IMG/VR virus record: IMGVR_UViG_2563366827_000004
Coordinates: 1-37,588 of that record
DNA length: 37,588 nucleotides
Source of the DNA: a virus
Taxonomy: Duplodnaviria; Heunggongvirae; Uroviricota; Caudoviricetes
Strand: one strand, 5' to 3'
Every line of letters begins with the position of its first letter. Position 1 is the stretch's first letter. The position numbers were made by a program, and so were the translations under genes. Below, piece after piece: positions 9,077 to 20,588 of the stretch. The notes beneath the pieces were generated by a model. The model made no database searches and was not told the DNA's origin. It saw only the letters and a program-made list of their open reading frames with translations.

Positions 9077-10494
9077 TACTCAATCCTTATCTGGCAGCCA
9101 GACAGAGTGACAGGTGACTTCGTGATAACGCGCAATTTGAAGCCGACATTTTTCCTGATGCGCCCTACTCGCTTCCACAAAACACGTTTGTCGTAAACGA
9201 ACGGTTCATTCTGCTCAATCATCTGTTCACGCCCGTAATTTATGCCATCAGTGGTTGCAGATAGGAACAGGCGGTCGGCGTACTGCGCAACACCAGTCGA
9301 TGATTCCACCTCCAGATCGAAGCATCTGGCGTTATCCGCTTTGAACAACGGAGTAAACAGCAGGTGTTCCTGTTGAAGACCATACTGACTGCTGATATCG
9401 AACTGCAATTTGCCGGTAACCGATTCCAGCTTATCGCCGCACGTTATCTGATTGCCTTCGTAAATGAAGTCGATAGCGCGGTACACATCGTCATACAGGC
9501 CTGTTTTCAACACACACCATTGCGGACCATTGGCGCTTGAAGATGCGTCGTACACGAGAACATGGCGAGGAAGGTGGATAATCAGCAACTCATGAGCATC
9601 AAATCGCAGCGATTCCATCACACCATCAGCCAGTTCATCAGCAGTGTAGGAGCGGAGAATTTTCTCAATGCTCGCGCTGGCGATTGGTGACACCTGACCG
9701 GAGCCGATGATGTATACAGACGGCGCACCTGTTGCCGGATTGCTGATGAACGCATAAGAATCAGCAAACGGCGTTTTGCAGTAAGTCCCGGCAATGCCTT
9801 TCTGCACCATCAGCGATGGCTGTGCGACATACAAAGCAGCACCAACTGTGGTTGCGCCAGTCAGGGAGAAATATTCAATTGTCGATGAACCAAAGCAGAC
9901 GATGAAGTCTCGCCATGTTCCGATGCCGACAATACCGTCAGGCTGCGACTCGGCACGATATTGTGCGCTGTAGCGGTCAGGATGCGATTCGTCTTCAAGG
10001 TCAGTGATAAACCATGAATCAGTTCCGTCTTTTGACCACGCATAACGCCCACGTAAGCGTGTAATGTCGCGGACTGAGCCTAACTCATACTGCGTGAATC
10101 CGCTGTCTGTAGGCCAGTTTGAGACGGTTTTAACCGTGCCATCATAGCGATACTCGACCAGTTGACCATTAACGCCTACTGCCTGTGATGTCCTACCGTG
10201 TGCCATTGATACGCGACCACTTCCGGCAACATCACCGACCTCGCTTTCGCCCTTATACAGCTTGCCGCCACACACGCGATAAACAGCACTCTGCGCCATG
10301 TTGTACTCGACGCCGCGCGATACACCGTTCACATCAGAGCGTTTGGCAATGCCCGGGAATGAGCGAAGATATCCGCTGCTGTTCAGGATTTCTTTGGGTG
10401 TAGCCAACATATTCGCTGGCAGATAGTCGATATAGTCGGCGTTTCGAAAGTCTTTGCCGACACCTTTCATAAGCGGAAGTTGCTGAATCGGCAT
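9076..10494 (-). CDS. Tail hub / head-closure protein, P22 gp10-like
   Basis: 472 aa, same length as P22 gp10; position between gp4 and gp26 homologs. Confidence 0.7.
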   Translation of the reverse strand: MPIQQLPLMKGVGKDFRNADYIDYLPANMLATPKEILNSSGYLRSFPGIAKRSDVNGVSRGVEYNMAQSAVYRVCGGKLYKGESEVGDVAGSGRVSMAHGRTSQAVGVNGQLVEYRYDGTVKTVSNWPTDSGFTQYELGSVRDITRLRGRYAWSKDGTDSWFITDLEDESHPDRYSAQYRAESQPDGIVGIGTWRDFIVCFGSSTIEYFSLTGATTVGAALYVAQPSLMVQKGIAGTYCKTPFADSYAFISNPATGAPSVYIIGSGQVSPIASASIEKILRSYTADELADGVMESLRFDAHELLIIHLPRHVLVYDASSSANGPQWCVLKTGLYDDVYRAIDFIYEGNQITCGDKLESVTGKLQFDISSQYGLQQEHLLFTPLFKADNARCFDLEVESSTGVAQYADRLFLSATTDGINYGREQMIEQNEPFVYDKRVLWKRVGRIRKNVGFKLRVITKSPVTLSGCQIRIE

Positions 10495-10503
10495 TTATTC
10501 ACC

Positions 10504-10965
10504 TCACGTACTCGGATCATCTTTCTCGATGTAAAACCGATTCCACGTAAACGCGCTTTTGTTACCACTACCGCGAGGCATGTCATTTCGTCGCTCAAGT
10601 GGTGGTATTTTTGTTAAAGCGATACAGATTGTCTGATATGCACTGTCAGCAGTGGTCAGGAGAGCATCCGACGGCTGAATGACGTTATCCATGCACACCT
10701 GCACAGCGAGCTTCAAAGCGACGCCATCATTTGCCCATGCAGGGATACCTGAATCATCGTCAGGTAACGGCATGATGCCGTTTTCTGTATCAGCAAACTG
10801 ATATCCAAGCTCGATACCTTTCGCCTGCCATGCTGCCATCATGTCTTCGAGGTCATTAATGGCATCTTCAATTGCCTGAGGGTCGGCATCTGTCAACGTG
10901 GCATTGGAATACAGCCCGGCTTTTCGTAAAGCCTTAAGAACGAGATCACCCTTCGTTTTCGCCAT
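10504..10965 (-). CDS. Tail adaptor / head completion protein, P22 gp4-like
   Basis: 153 aa, directly downstream of the coat gene block; synteny. Confidence 0.65.
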   Translation of the reverse strand: MAKTKGDLVLKALRKAGLYSNATLTDADPQAIEDAINDLEDMMAAWQAKGIELGYQFADTENGIMPLPDDDSGIPAWANDGVALKLAVQVCMDNVIQPSDALLTTADSAYQTICIALTKIPPLERRNDMPRGSGNKSAFTWNRFYIEKDDPST

Positions 10966-11134
10966 CTTCTTCCGCCTTAGCCACTTTTTGCTTCGTTGCG
11001 GTTTCTTCAGGAGTTTTTACCCAGCCTTTTTTCAGGTGAGATTTAACTTCTTCGTCATCAACAATGATGTAATCGACAGCAAACTGACCACAGGTGATCA
11101 TGTTGCCAGGCTTATAGAGCATTGTTCGTGCCAT
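10946..11134 (-). CDS. Small hypothetical protein between coat and gp4
   Basis: 62-aa ORF from the internal Met (MARTMLYKPGN...), GGGAGA RBS, lysine-rich C-terminus. Confidence 0.4.
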   Translation of the reverse strand: MARTMLYKPGNMITCGQFAVDYIIVDDEEVKSHLKKGWVKTPEETATKQKVAKAEEDGENEG

Positions 11135-11175
11135 TGTCTTCTCCCAATAAAAATGGGGCCGAAGCCCCACCAAAA

Positions 11176-12429
11176 TTACTGCCCGGCAATAACGATGCCC
11201 GTATATTCAGGAACAAGTACAGAGCAACCATACAGAGTGGTGAAACGAGCAGTGGTTACGCCTTTGATGTGGTCGAAGGCGTAAGACATGATCAGCGTAG
11301 CGCCCTGCTCGGTGGTTGCTGTCATTACCTGTGGACCCTGACCAGTCGGGAACGCCAGTTTGCCGTACATCAGTTCAACAGAACCATCAGCCCAGAACAG
11401 GTTAGCCGGTGCGGCATTTTTGTTGAGAATGGTAATTGCTGCACCATTTGCCGCGTTAGCATCAACGTTTGCATATGGACGGCTGGCGACATCCGCGTTG
11501 TCAGGCGGCAGAATTTTCGGGGAGATAGTTACTGTCGTTCCGCTAACTGCAAGAACGCGGAATACCTGTGGCTGCCCGGTGGTGTCTTTGGTGATCTGGT
11601 GTACGGAATTCACGTCAGCAATGGTGAACGCATCGCCAACCTGCAAACCAGATGCAGATACCGTAATAGTCCCCTGTCGGTTATCCACTGGCATATCGTT
11701 GGCATCTTTCGCTTCAACCTTGTGCGCAGGTTCAGCCGCCAGCGTCAGGGAAGTTGCTGTACCCTTCGGAACACGACCAGAAATATCGGTCTTGTAGCTA
11801 TCGAAGGACGCAACCGGAGGGATCTGCGCTTTTTCGTATGCTGTCAGGGTTGCGCCCTGAGCATAGGCACGGTGACCAAGCTCGCCAGCAAGGTCTTTGT
11901 AGTTGAAGGGGTTCCAGAAAGAGCGACGGTTGATACCCTGAGGTACACCAATCGCCGTCATGGTGGCATCAATACCTGCCGCACAGTTCCACAAATCACG
12001 GCCCTGTGAACCAGTGGTTGAGTCAGCCATTGTGATCACGTTAGTAGCACGCTGCGTGACCATGGAAATCAGGTCAGAGTCAATCTGTGCAGCAAGGCGC
12101 ATACCTGCGGCGCGACCAGCTTCAGTTTTATGTTCCGGGTCACGCATTTCACGCGCATCCAGAGTGTACAGAATGTTTTTCGGCTCCTTGAACACAGAAG
12201 GAACAAGGCGCTGAACCAGTGCTGTTGGCGTTTTGCTGCTGAGGTCGAGGCCTTCCTCAATGTTCATGTGGTAATGCTGCGGACGATACAGAACATCACC
12301 TGCTCGCTGCATTGCTGTATCACCGGGACGGAATTTTTTAGCGTTACGGGAAACTACGCAGGCGGCCTCAAAGCCTTCAACGTAGTTTTCGAACATGATT
12401 TCAAGGTCTTTTGCTAATTGGTTAGCCAT
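11176..12429 (-). CDS. Major capsid (coat) protein, P22 gp5 family
   Basis: 417 aa, follows the scaffold gene by 18 bp; blocks such as NLFWADGSVELMYG resemble the recalled P22 coat. Confidence 0.8.
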   Translation of the reverse strand: MANQLAKDLEIMFENYVEGFEAACVVSRNAKKFRPGDTAMQRAGDVLYRPQHYHMNIEEGLDLSSKTPTALVQRLVPSVFKEPKNILYTLDAREMRDPEHKTEAGRAAGMRLAAQIDSDLISMVTQRATNVITMADSTTGSQGRDLWNCAAGIDATMTAIGVPQGINRRSFWNPFNYKDLAGELGHRAYAQGATLTAYEKAQIPPVASFDSYKTDISGRVPKGTATSLTLAAEPAHKVEAKDANDMPVDNRQGTITVSASGLQVGDAFTIADVNSVHQITKDTTGQPQVFRVLAVSGTTVTISPKILPPDNADVASRPYANVDANAANGAAITILNKNAAPANLFWADGSVELMYGKLAFPTGQGPQVMTATTEQGATLIMSYAFDHIKGVTTARFTTLYGCSVLVPEYTGIVIAGQ

Positions 12430-12447
12430 GCTTAATGCTCCGATAGG

Positions 12448-13341
12448 TTATTTTTTTGCCTTTTTAGCGGCGAAATACGGCGTCCAGTCACCAGTTTCCA
12501 GCGCCTTGGCTTTCAGTTTGTCGAGGTTATTGATTACTGCGCCGTTGCTCCCCTTAACTGTCGGGGTTGTGGCTGCCGTGGTTTTTGCTTTTGGCATGAT
12601 TCTGGCCTTCGATTCGATACGTTCCAGCAGACGACCAATTGCTACGGGGTTGGTAGCTTCTGCCAGTTGCTTGCGCAGTTCAGCGTTGCGACCGAGCGCC
12701 AGAACAACGATTTCCGGCTTCTCTGACTCAAACAGGATCGCGTTTTGTGTCTCGATGGGGATTTCCTCGAGTACGGCCTGTTCTGCTTCCTGATAGCCAG
12801 GAACCTTGAGAGCCTTAACACGTTGCTGATATTTGGATAATCGCTCTTGATAGGCAGCCTGAAGCTCCTGCTCCTTCTGCTTGCGAGCCATCTCCTGTTG
12901 CTGGTACTTGCCGTTATCCTCTGCCCACTTAGCCATGCGTTGCTGGTAGATTTCTTCATCGAAACCGATGTCCTCATCGTCCAGTTTTGGCATTCGCGGT
13001 GGTTGAGTGATTACCGGCTGCTGCTCGACGGGTTTCTGAGACTGACGCATCAGCTCTTTCAGCTCGCGGTCTTTCTCTTTAATCGTCTTGCGCAGGTGTT
13101 TTACCAGTCCATGCTCTGCGCCATCTTCGCTGGTTGGCGAATCCAGCTTTTCGTCACCAAAGTAGAATTCCTGTTCTGATTCGTCGTCATCAGTTTCAGT
13201 AGCTTCCTCTGCATCATTGCCGGAGGACTCACTGCCATCTTCTGTTTCTACTTCTTCAGCCAGTTCGACATCATCAGGAATCTGCTCTGACGCGTCGGTT
13301 TCGATTTCAACTTCTGGTGTGTTTTCTGCCATCTGGTCCAT
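12448..13341 (-). CDS. Scaffolding protein
   Basis: 297 aa with a highly acidic N-terminus and helical, charged remainder; sits between portal and coat. Confidence 0.6.
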   Translation of the reverse strand: MDQMAENTPEVEIETDASEQIPDDVELAEEVETEDGSESSGNDAEEATETDDDESEQEFYFGDEKLDSPTSEDGAEHGLVKHLRKTIKEKDRELKELMRQSQKPVEQQPVITQPPRMPKLDDEDIGFDEEIYQQRMAKWAEDNGKYQQQEMARKQKEQELQAAYQERLSKYQQRVKALKVPGYQEAEQAVLEEIPIETQNAILFESEKPEIVVLALGRNAELRKQLAEATNPVAIGRLLERIESKARIMPKAKTTAATTPTVKGSNGAVINNLDKLKAKALETGDWTPYFAAKKAKK

Positions 13342-13431
13342 TTGTTACCCCTGTTTACTCGATGTTCAGCCCATCGGAAGGCAATAGGGTGCCAGGCCTC
13401 ATAAAGACAGCCATTGCACGTTATGGGTTAA

Positions 13432-15636
13432 TTACTGCTGTGGTTGTTGCTGAGTTGATTTTTGCAGGATGCTGCTGATGTCCATGCGCTGCGCATGGCC
13501 CTGTGCCTGACTTTTCAGGACAAGCTCTGCATCAGCACGGGCATTATCTCCTTGCTGTTGCTGGAACTGTCCGAGCAGTTTCAGAGCCTCGCGGATATCA
13601 GATTTCTGCTGACTATCGGCAGATGCGAGTATTTTCACAACATTTGCCGCTGCAACCTGAGCATCCGTCTGTGCCTGGAATGCTTTAACCTGAATGGCTG
13701 CCTGCTCGTTCTGCGCTTTCTGCAATTCAGCCTGACCAGCAAGAAGCTGACCTTGCGCTGCAACCATAGCCGGATCTGGCTGACTGGCCTGTTGTTGTTT
13801 CGCCTGTTCAACCATCTGCTGTTCTTCAGGCGTTCTCGGCTTGATAACGCCAGACAGAAGCAACTGATTGCGGTTGTATTCTTTCAGGTCGTTCATCCCT
13901 TCGCCGTCCATATTGTCGAGAATCATAGACGATACAAGGTCGTGCTTCGGCGTTCCTGGTGGGATAAGTGCCAGCATGGAAAGTAACGACTTAACCGTTG
14001 CATCACGGCGAGTAGCGAACGACTGACCAACATCGACAGTCACTTCATAGTTACCCTGCGAAAGGTCGTTAAGCGCGATAACCTTCCCTGTCTGACGGTC
14101 AACCACTTCACCTGTCATCAGCGCCACGTCATCGCTGCCGTCCTCATTAACGATACGCATCGGCGTATCACTGCCATAGACCTCACGCGCCATAGAAAGC
14201 CACACGACGCCAGCGCGGCGCATGGATTTAGCCATGTTGTCCATGTAGATATAGGACTGCGTATCCATCCGGTTAAAAATGCTATCAACGGTATCGGTGG
14301 CGATGTTGCTCGGCATGTTCTCAAGCTGCGACGCACCTGTAATTTGCTGAATAGCCGTTCCGGTGTACTGCAATAGCCCGGCAAGAGCAGGAGGCATTTG
14401 TGTCGGAGGTGTCCAGCCAGCAACCTGAGCCTCTGAAATGACCGTTCCGTTTTTGTCCTTCTTGCTGGTCATGGGAAGAACTGCAGGTCTTTTCTTATTC
14501 CTCTCTGCCCAGTGATTCATTAATGGACCGGGAATGAAATCAACATCCACGATAGGAATGCCATCACCGCCAGCCTGAGTAGCGTTATCTGCAATCATGG
14601 AAACCATCAGGTTCTCAAGACGCTGTGCATCCATCGCTTTTGCTGCGTGGCCTTCGATTCGCTCCTGATTATCAACAAATGAACGACGCCCATATACCGG
14701 GATGAGAGGAATATGTTCGCCCGGAATACGCTTAGGTTCTTCCAGCCATTCAGCGCCAGACAGAAGACCGCAATAAACTCTGCGTTTCTTCACCGTCCGC
14801 TCACCGATCAGTTCGAATGCACCATCGGTTAGCTCATCGACAATATCTTTGATTTGATCTTCATCATAGATTGCCGTTTCTCCGCTAACAGGGTTGCGCC
14901 ATGCCGTGAGCTTCACCTTCTCTATGCGAACTTCGTAGTAGCGCCCAACATAGATGGCATCTGGCGTTGACCAGTCATATTGAGTGCCAGTGTCATCACG
15001 AGAAAGGCTTGCCGCGATGGAATCAGGGTATTCAGCCTCGAACGCTTTGGGCGTCATGGAGAACATTTCCATAGCCCACATAGCATCAGAGCGGTCATAT
15101 TGCTTGCTGTCCTGATCGAAGAAGACGCATGTCGCTGGGTCGTAAACAGGAAGAAGGCTGATGCGTCGCTGCTCGTTACTCGGGTCCATTTCATCTTCGT
15201 AATCGGCACACATGCGGAAACAACCGAATCCGCCCGTTACGGCATCATCAAATGCGTTATCACACGCTTCACCACCGGATGTTTCCTGATAGTCAGCGCG
15301 GAATTTGCCGTTCATCTTTTCGGCTAACGCTTCCGATGCCTTATCGTCCTTCGGCCTGAATTTAACGCTGATGCGATTCTGTCGATACTCGCCAATGATG
15401 CGATCACATTCACGGGCAATCTTATTCAGTTCAAAGCGCGGATAATGCTCAAACCTGCCTTCATCAAATGAGTAACCAGCGCTTGTGCTGCCTTCCCACT
15501 GTGCGCCGGATACCCGGACGAAACGTTGAGCCTCAATAATCTGCTCACGCATATCCTGCGTTGCTGACCAGGCATTATCAAAGTTGCACAGCACCTTGCG
15601 ATGCCAGTCAGTCATCTTTCTATCATCAGCCATCAT
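13432..15636 (-). CDS. Portal protein, P22 gp1-like
   Basis: Conserved blocks RRVY, GEHIPLIPVYG, PDPAMVAAQGQLLAGQAELQKAQN match recalled P22 portal. Start placed at ATG 15636 after GGAG; the track's 15648 start is TTG. Confidence 0.85.
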   Translation of the reverse strand: MMADDRKMTDWHRKVLCNFDNAWSATQDMREQIIEAQRFVRVSGAQWEGSTSAGYSFDEGRFEHYPRFELNKIARECDRIIGEYRQNRISVKFRPKDDKASEALAEKMNGKFRADYQETSGGEACDNAFDDAVTGGFGCFRMCADYEDEMDPSNEQRRISLLPVYDPATCVFFDQDSKQYDRSDAMWAMEMFSMTPKAFEAEYPDSIAASLSRDDTGTQYDWSTPDAIYVGRYYEVRIEKVKLTAWRNPVSGETAIYDEDQIKDIVDELTDGAFELIGERTVKKRRVYCGLLSGAEWLEEPKRIPGEHIPLIPVYGRRSFVDNQERIEGHAAKAMDAQRLENLMVSMIADNATQAGGDGIPIVDVDFIPGPLMNHWAERNKKRPAVLPMTSKKDKNGTVISEAQVAGWTPPTQMPPALAGLLQYTGTAIQQITGASQLENMPSNIATDTVDSIFNRMDTQSYIYMDNMAKSMRRAGVVWLSMAREVYGSDTPMRIVNEDGSDDVALMTGEVVDRQTGKVIALNDLSQGNYEVTVDVGQSFATRRDATVKSLLSMLALIPPGTPKHDLVSSMILDNMDGEGMNDLKEYNRNQLLLSGVIKPRTPEEQQMVEQAKQQQASQPDPAMVAAQGQLLAGQAELQKAQNEQAAIQVKAFQAQTDAQVAAANVVKILASADSQQKSDIREALKLLGQFQQQQGDNARADAELVLKSQAQGHAQRMDISSILQKSTQQQPQQ

Positions 15637-17129
15637 CCAACTCCGCAAGGTATGTTGTAGCTTGAGTAATCAATCTCTTTAGGATCTTTGATGTCTCGCA
15701 TCTGTATTGCAAAACGCCTCATCATGTAGCCATAGCGAACAGCAGAAAGGATGTCGTCATTTAGCTTGACGATCTTCCCGTTCTCATCGCGGTGATACAG
15801 GCGAAACTCTTCAAAGAATGGCTCGCAGGTGTTAAATACCTTGAAACGACCGTCGAGCATCATGTCGCGTATCTCTGCTATCCCGGGTTCGACCGCATTA
15901 CCTCCATCAGGCCATGTTGCATGATCTGGCAACATGTCGAACCCAGCGTCGGCGTATTGTTCCTTGAGCTGAGCGCCGCCTCCCTTTTCGTGCTGATGCC
16001 CGTCATGAGGCCAAGCCGTAGGGGTGTTTTTGCTCCATGCTTTAACAGCACTCCATGCCTCTGTCGCCTTCTTCTGTTTGGCCTTCCAGACGCGAGAAAG
16101 ATAAATCACGTCCTCGTCTTTATCCCACCAAAGCTGGATGTGTGCCTGTGGGTGATCCCATCCGAAGTCCATTGCATTGATGACGTAGAAGTGATCAGGA
16201 CACTCGAACGGCTGACACTTAATCGTCTCTTCCGGTATCTGGAAGATTCGACCGCTACCCATCGTAGGAATACCGCGAGCACGCGCCTCTCTCTCATGCT
16301 CAGGATAGGATGCGATGATTTGCTCTTTCTGCTCGTCGGTGTAGTGCTCAGCGTCATAGATGGTCATGTTGACCACTTTCTGCGACTTGCTGGGATTCTT
16401 CAGGAACTTGGTAACAACGTCAGACATCCCCATCAGCGGGGTAAACGTCAGAATTGAGAATTGCCCGTATTTGTTGGTACGGGTAAGGCCTTCGCCATAA
16501 ATGCTGTATGGTGGCTCTTCGTCAAACCACACGCCGTGGATTGTGTCACCCTGCCAGCGAGCACGGCCTTGCGAGTATGGTTTGAAGTAGCAGATTGAAA
16601 TGCCATCTTCAACGCCATCAGCTGTATGATGCTTAACCAGAAGATGATCAACAAGGTTCGGAAAGAAAGGAGACTTCTTCCAGCTAATGATGTCTTCTTT
16701 CGGTATGGAACCGTAGCCAGGCTCATCATTCTCTTCGATACGACCGCACAGGATGCGTTGAGTCGTTTTGGTTACAGTCTCGTTTGTCTCGCCACCAATC
16801 CAGAAGACAACAGGCTCATAGAAACGCTTACCTTTCCACTCACCGCCATATTTACCATCAGCTGGATAGCCTTTTGTGCCCGGATAACGCCCGGTAAGGT
16901 GAAACGCGACTTCAGCAGCACCAGTAAATGACTTACCAAGCTGGTTACCAGCCATAAAACATCGCTCTGGATAGTCATGCCCGGCGTCGATGAACTCACG
17001 CTGTTTGCTGTATGGCGTAAATTCATATAGCAGGTGTGTGTTCCGGTAGTTCTCTTCTTCTTCGAGTAGCTCGAGCAATTCGATTTGCTCTTCGTCGCTC
17101 AGGTTATCAAGAATCGCGTCCAGTTCCAC
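15633..17129 (-). CDS. Terminase large subunit
   Basis: 498 aa between TerS and portal; Walker A-like [11 protein letters not shown] start at 17129 after AAGGAG, overlapping TerS by 23 nt. Confidence 0.75.
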   Translation of the reverse strand: MELDAILDNLSDEEQIELLELLEEEENYRNTHLLYEFTPYSKQREFIDAGHDYPERCFMAGNQLGKSFTGAAEVAFHLTGRYPGTKGYPADGKYGGEWKGKRFYEPVVFWIGGETNETVTKTTQRILCGRIEENDEPGYGSIPKEDIISWKKSPFFPNLVDHLLVKHHTADGVEDGISICYFKPYSQGRARWQGDTIHGVWFDEEPPYSIYGEGLTRTNKYGQFSILTFTPLMGMSDVVTKFLKNPSKSQKVVNMTIYDAEHYTDEQKEQIIASYPEHEREARARGIPTMGSGRIFQIPEETIKCQPFECPDHFYVINAMDFGWDHPQAHIQLWWDKDEDVIYLSRVWKAKQKKATEAWSAVKAWSKNTPTAWPHDGHQHEKGGGAQLKEQYADAGFDMLPDHATWPDGGNAVEPGIAEIRDMMLDGRFKVFNTCEPFFEEFRLYHRDENGKIVKLNDDILSAVRYGYMMRRFAIQMRDIKDPKEIDYSSYNIPCGVG

Positions 17130-17595
17130 GGTTGAATAGCTCCTTGATACGAGAGCGTCGCTTATCGCGATCTCCCTTATCAGGTGTCACGTCTTCAACT
17201 TGCGACTGCTCTTTGAGGCCCAAATCACGGGCGATGATGTTAGCGTTGAGAAGGTCAGCGGCTGCGCCAGAGAATTTCTGGTCGTAGATGATGTCTTCCG
17301 CTCGTGATGTGACGTCAGAAAAACCTTCCATTGACCGGAAGGTTCCCCATGTTTGCCTGGTGATATCAAGGAAGGTACACAATCCTGAAATAGTCATGGC
17401 TCGCATCTTAGGGACATTAGCCTTAATTATTTCTCCCTGATATGAAAATACCTTACCCTCCCATAGTGGGTTATCATCAGCCCACTCGAAGTATTCACAA
17501 CAAGCAGCCCACAGCGCCTCAGGCGATTCGAATTTAGGATTTCGCCCATGACTACTGCGGGCCTCCCAAAATCGGTTGCCCTTTGGTGCTGCCAT
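17107..17595 (-). CDS. Terminase small subunit, P22 gp3-like
   Basis: 162 aa; [38 protein letters not shown] matches the recalled P22 gp3 N-terminus. Confidence 0.9.
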   Translation of the reverse strand: MAAPKGNRFWEARSSHGRNPKFESPEALWAACCEYFEWADDNPLWEGKVFSYQGEIIKANVPKMRAMTISGLCTFLDITRQTWGTFRSMEGFSDVTSRAEDIIYDQKFSGAAADLLNANIIARDLGLKEQSQVEDVTPDKGDRDKRRSRIKELFNRGTGRDS

Positions 17596-17674
17596 ATTGA
17601 TTATTTCCCTTCTGCTTGCTTATCCCATTCATCGCGGAATTTGGATGGGTTGTCGAAACCTTGAGTTGCCATGT

Positions 17675-17854
17675 TTATGCTCCGGTGGTGAACAGGTCTA
17701 ACGCTTCCTTCGATTTACGCACCGCTTCGATAGTGCGGGTCGTGATATCTGAATTAGCGCCGCCTGACTGGAAGTGAATTTTGAATAGCTCAAGCTTCAG
17801 TTCGTCAGTGCCAATGAACTGAAATGCTTCTTCTGCGGCTGCGTTCTGGTTCAT
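17675..17854 (-). CDS. Possible small protein upstream of TerS
   Basis: 59-aa ATG ORF (MNQNAAAEEAFQF...), below the track cutoff; weak RBS. Confidence 0.25.
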   Translation of the reverse strand: MNQNAAAEEAFQFIGTDELKLELFKIHFQSGGANSDITTRTIEAVRKSKEALDLFTTGA

Positions 17855-18083
17855 GACCAGTTTGCCGTTTATCCGTTAAAAGGGATATCAGTTAAGTTAT
17901 CCCGTGTAGGGTATAAGCCATTATCGAGACCACTCATTGAATGGCCTCTGCAATAACCGATGTCTTTCCATCAGTCCGCCACCACAAAGAATCTTTTTTG
18001 CCATCAGGCAGGAGGTTCATCTTTCAGTGGCTGCCAGTGTTATTTCCCCACTTACTGGCTTGGGTTGTTTCGTGGTACTGCTG

Positions 18084-18626
18084 TTAATTAGTGAGTCCGG
18101 GGATTACGGTTTGCCCGTGCTGTTCAAGGCGTTCAATTCTCGCCAGTAGCTGAGGCTTCTTAATTTTTCCCCAGCGATTGAGCAGGCGACCTGACATGCT
18201 GGCAACATCCTTCTCTTTCATGTACTCCAGCATTACGGCATTTCTCTCTTCTTCAAATTGACGATGACCAACCTGAAGCATGGCGTACATCCAGTTAAAT
18301 GCGTTGATGTAAGCAATTTTGATACGCATTGCTTCTTTTTTGGTGTAGGACATAACCAAAAGCATCAACCCATCCTTGCGGAGACGGTAGAATTTTTGCG
18401 GCTTACCATTCTGTAACTCATTGTTTTTATAGCAAAGCTCAAAGTTGAGCTTTGTATCAAACTCAGGAGGGCAAGCTTCTATGGTTCGCTCAATGTCACG
18501 GACTACGTTCTTCGGCAGCTTTCCAAATGCTTTTGCCACCATAAAAGAATCTGTAACCGGATCGTTGTTTGCTACAAAAATTAGGTCTCTGAAATCTATA
18601 TCGTTAACAACGGTTGGGTAGTTCAT
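18084..18626 (-). CDS. rha: Rha-family phage regulatory protein
   Basis: 180 aa; N-terminal block DFRDLIFVANNDPVTDSFMVAKAFGKLPKNVVRDIE resembles the Rha signature. Confidence 0.65.
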   Translation of the reverse strand: MNYPTVVNDIDFRDLIFVANNDPVTDSFMVAKAFGKLPKNVVRDIERTIEACPPEFDTKLNFELCYKNNELQNGKPQKFYRLRKDGLMLLVMSYTKKEAMRIKIAYINAFNWMYAMLQVGHRQFEEERNAVMLEYMKEKDVASMSGRLLNRWGKIKKPQLLARIERLEQHGQTVIPGLTN

Positions 18627-18774
18627 TGCGTCTTTACCTTTTAGAAAGATGAGCCTGTTCGCACAGAAAAGCCGTCCCCGAGATGGTCGCCACCATATAC
18701 GGCAATTCTCAGGCTCAGCTTTCTGAAAGACTCGGGATTGTTACGCGCTGCGATGCGCGGTTTACTGCAGATGT

Positions 18775-18798
18775 AAAAAAGCCCCGCAAATGCGAGGC
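18775..18798 (-). terminator. Intrinsic terminator downstream of the lysis cassette
   Basis: Minus-strand RNA GCCUCGC-AUUU-GCGGGGC followed by UUUUUU; 7-bp stem with one G-U pair. Confidence 0.5.
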
Positions 18799-18972
18799 TA
18801 AATCCTGGTATTTGTAATGACTGGCTCTTATCTCAACGCAGACCCTTACCGCGCGCCAGATGCTCAATATCAAGCATCAGCAATGAGATGTTTAATCTGG
18901 ATTCACTCCAGAAGTGATCACCACCCTGTCTACAGAGCCAGATGTGAAGGATGATGAGTAAAATTATCGCTA

Positions 18973-19410
18973 TCATCGAAGGCATTGCGTCCTGATGTAC
19001 TCCTGCAGGTAGTTAACCTGCGCGGTTATCCTGTCTATTCCACTTCGGAGACGGTAATAATTGAGTTCAGCATCTGCTGTAAGTCTTGGGCTTTCTCCAT
19101 CGCCCATGCTGCTGGCTCCGGTCGTTGACTTTGCACAGGTGGCGGCGACTTGCAGGCGCTTACGACCAGCAGAAACATCAGCACGGAGACTTTCGATAGT
19201 CGCGTTAGCATCAGCAAGCTCCTTTGTGTATCTGGCATCGAGTTCAGCTACATCACGTTGACGCTTCTGCATATCAGCGATGATGGATGTGGCTTTATCG
19301 CGCTGCTCTTTGTAGGTCATGGCGTTATCACGGTAATGATTAACAGCCCATGACAGGCAGACGATGATGCAGATAACCAGAGCGGAGATAATCGCGGTTA
19401 CTCTGCTCAT
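18973..19410 (-). CDS. Rz: Spanin inner-membrane subunit Rz
   Basis: 145 aa; [30 protein letters not shown]... near-identical to recalled lambda Rz N-terminus. Confidence 0.9.
   Translation of the reverse strand: MSRVTAIISALVICIIVCLSWAVNHYRDNAMTYKEQRDKATSIIADMQKRQRDVAELDARYTKELADANATIESLRADVSAGRKRLQVAATCAKSTTGASSMGDGESPRLTADAELNYYRLRSGIDRITAQVNYLQEYIRTQCLR
19035..19211 (-). CDS. Rz1: Spanin outer-membrane lipoprotein Rz1, embedded in Rz in the +1 frame
   Basis: Embedded ORF with lipoprotein signal [20 protein letters not shown] and proline-rich mature part, as in lambda Rz1. Confidence 0.8.
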   Translation of the reverse strand: MLTRLSKVSVLMFLLVVSACKSPPPVQSQRPEPAAWAMEKAQDLQQMLNSIITVSEVE

Positions 19411-19883
19411 ACCTCAATCTCTCTGACCGTTCCGCCTGCTTCTTTGAATTTTGCAATCAGGTTGTCAGCCTTATGCTCGAACTGACCATAACCAGCGCCC
19501 GGCAGTGAAGCCCAGATATTGCTGCAACGGTCGATAGCCTGACGGATATCACCGCGATCAATCATCGGTAAAGCGCCACGCTCTTTAATCTGTTGCAGTG
19601 CCACAGCGTCCTGGCTTTTCGGAGAGAAATCTTTCAGGCCAAGCTGCTTACGATAGGCATCCCACCAACGGGAAAGAAGCTGGTAACGGCCTGCAGCTGT
19701 TGATTTGAGTTTGGGGTTTAGCGTGACAAGTTTGCGAGGGTGATCTGAGTAATCAGTGAATAGCTCTCCGCCTACAATGACGTCATAACCATGATTTCTG
19801 GTTTTCTGACGTCCGTTATCAGTCCCCTCTGACCACGCCAGCATATCGAGGAACGCCTTACGTTGATTATTGATTTCCACCAT
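19407..19883 (-). CDS. R: Endolysin, lambda R lytic transglycosylase
   Basis: 158 aa, near-identical to recalled lambda R ([45 protein letters not shown]...). Confidence 0.95.
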   Translation of the reverse strand: MVEINNQRKAFLDMLAWSEGTDNGRQKTRNHGYDVIVGGELFTDYSDHPRKLVTLNPKLKSTAAGRYQLLSRWWDAYRKQLGLKDFSPKSQDAVALQQIKERGALPMIDRGDIRQAIDRCSNIWASLPGAGYGQFEHKADNLIAKFKEAGGTVREIEV

Positions 19884-20190
19884 CTTCTACTCCGGCTTTT
19901 TTAGCAGCGAAGCGTTTGATAAGCGAACCAATCGAGTCAGTACCGATGTAGCCGATGAACACGCTCGTTATATAAGCGAGATTGCTACTTAGTCCGGCGA
20001 AGTCGAGAAGGTCACGAATGAACCAGGCGATAATGGCGCACATCGTTGCGTCGATTACTGTTTTTGTAAACGCACCGCCATTATATCTGCCGCGAAGGTA
20101 CGCCATTGCAAACGCAAGGATTGCCCCGATGCCTTGTTCCTTTGCCGCGAGAATGGCGGCTAACAGGTCATGTTTTTCTGGCATCTTCAT
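19867..20190 (-). CDS. S: Holin/antiholin, lambda S
   Basis: 107 aa, near-identical to recalled lambda S, with the MKM dual-start motif. Confidence 0.95.
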   Translation of the reverse strand: MKMPEKHDLLAAILAAKEQGIGAILAFAMAYLRGRYNGGAFTKTVIDATMCAIIAWFIRDLLDFAGLSSNLAYITSVFIGYIGTDSIGSLIKRFAAKKAGVEDGGNQ

Positions 20191-20588
20191 GTCTTACCCC
20201 CAATAAGGGGATTTGCTCTATTTAATTAGGAATAAGGTCGGTTACTGATAGAACAAATCCAGGCTACTGTGTTTAGTAATCAGATTTGTTCGTGACCGAT
20301 ATGCACGGGCAAAACGGCATGAGGTTGTTAGCGCAACCTCCTGCCACCCGCTTTCACGAAGGTCATGTGTAGAAGGCCGCAGCGTAACTATCACTGATGA
20401 ATTCAGGATAGCCAGTGGCTACGGCTCAGTTTAGGTTGTGCTGTTGCTGGGCGGCGATGACGCCTGTACGCATTTGGTGATCCGGTTCTGCTTCCGGCAT
20501 TCGCTTAATTCAGCACAACGATAAGAGCACTCGGTGCATTTAAGCCAAGCCCCATAAGGGAGAATGCTCTTACCTGTTGCACAGATAT

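Noticed and set aside
11122-12009. 295-aa plus-strand ORF (and 11360-11797, 11960-12214)
   Set aside because: Antisense to the well-supported coat protein gene.
13462-13986. 174-aa plus-strand ORF (and other plus-strand ORFs through 17287)
   Set aside because: Antisense to portal and terminase genes, which have strong protein-level support.
18627-18972. bor-like lipoprotein gene downstream of Rz
   Set aside because: No ORF resembling Bor on either strand; the region holds only a terminator and the Rha upstream region.
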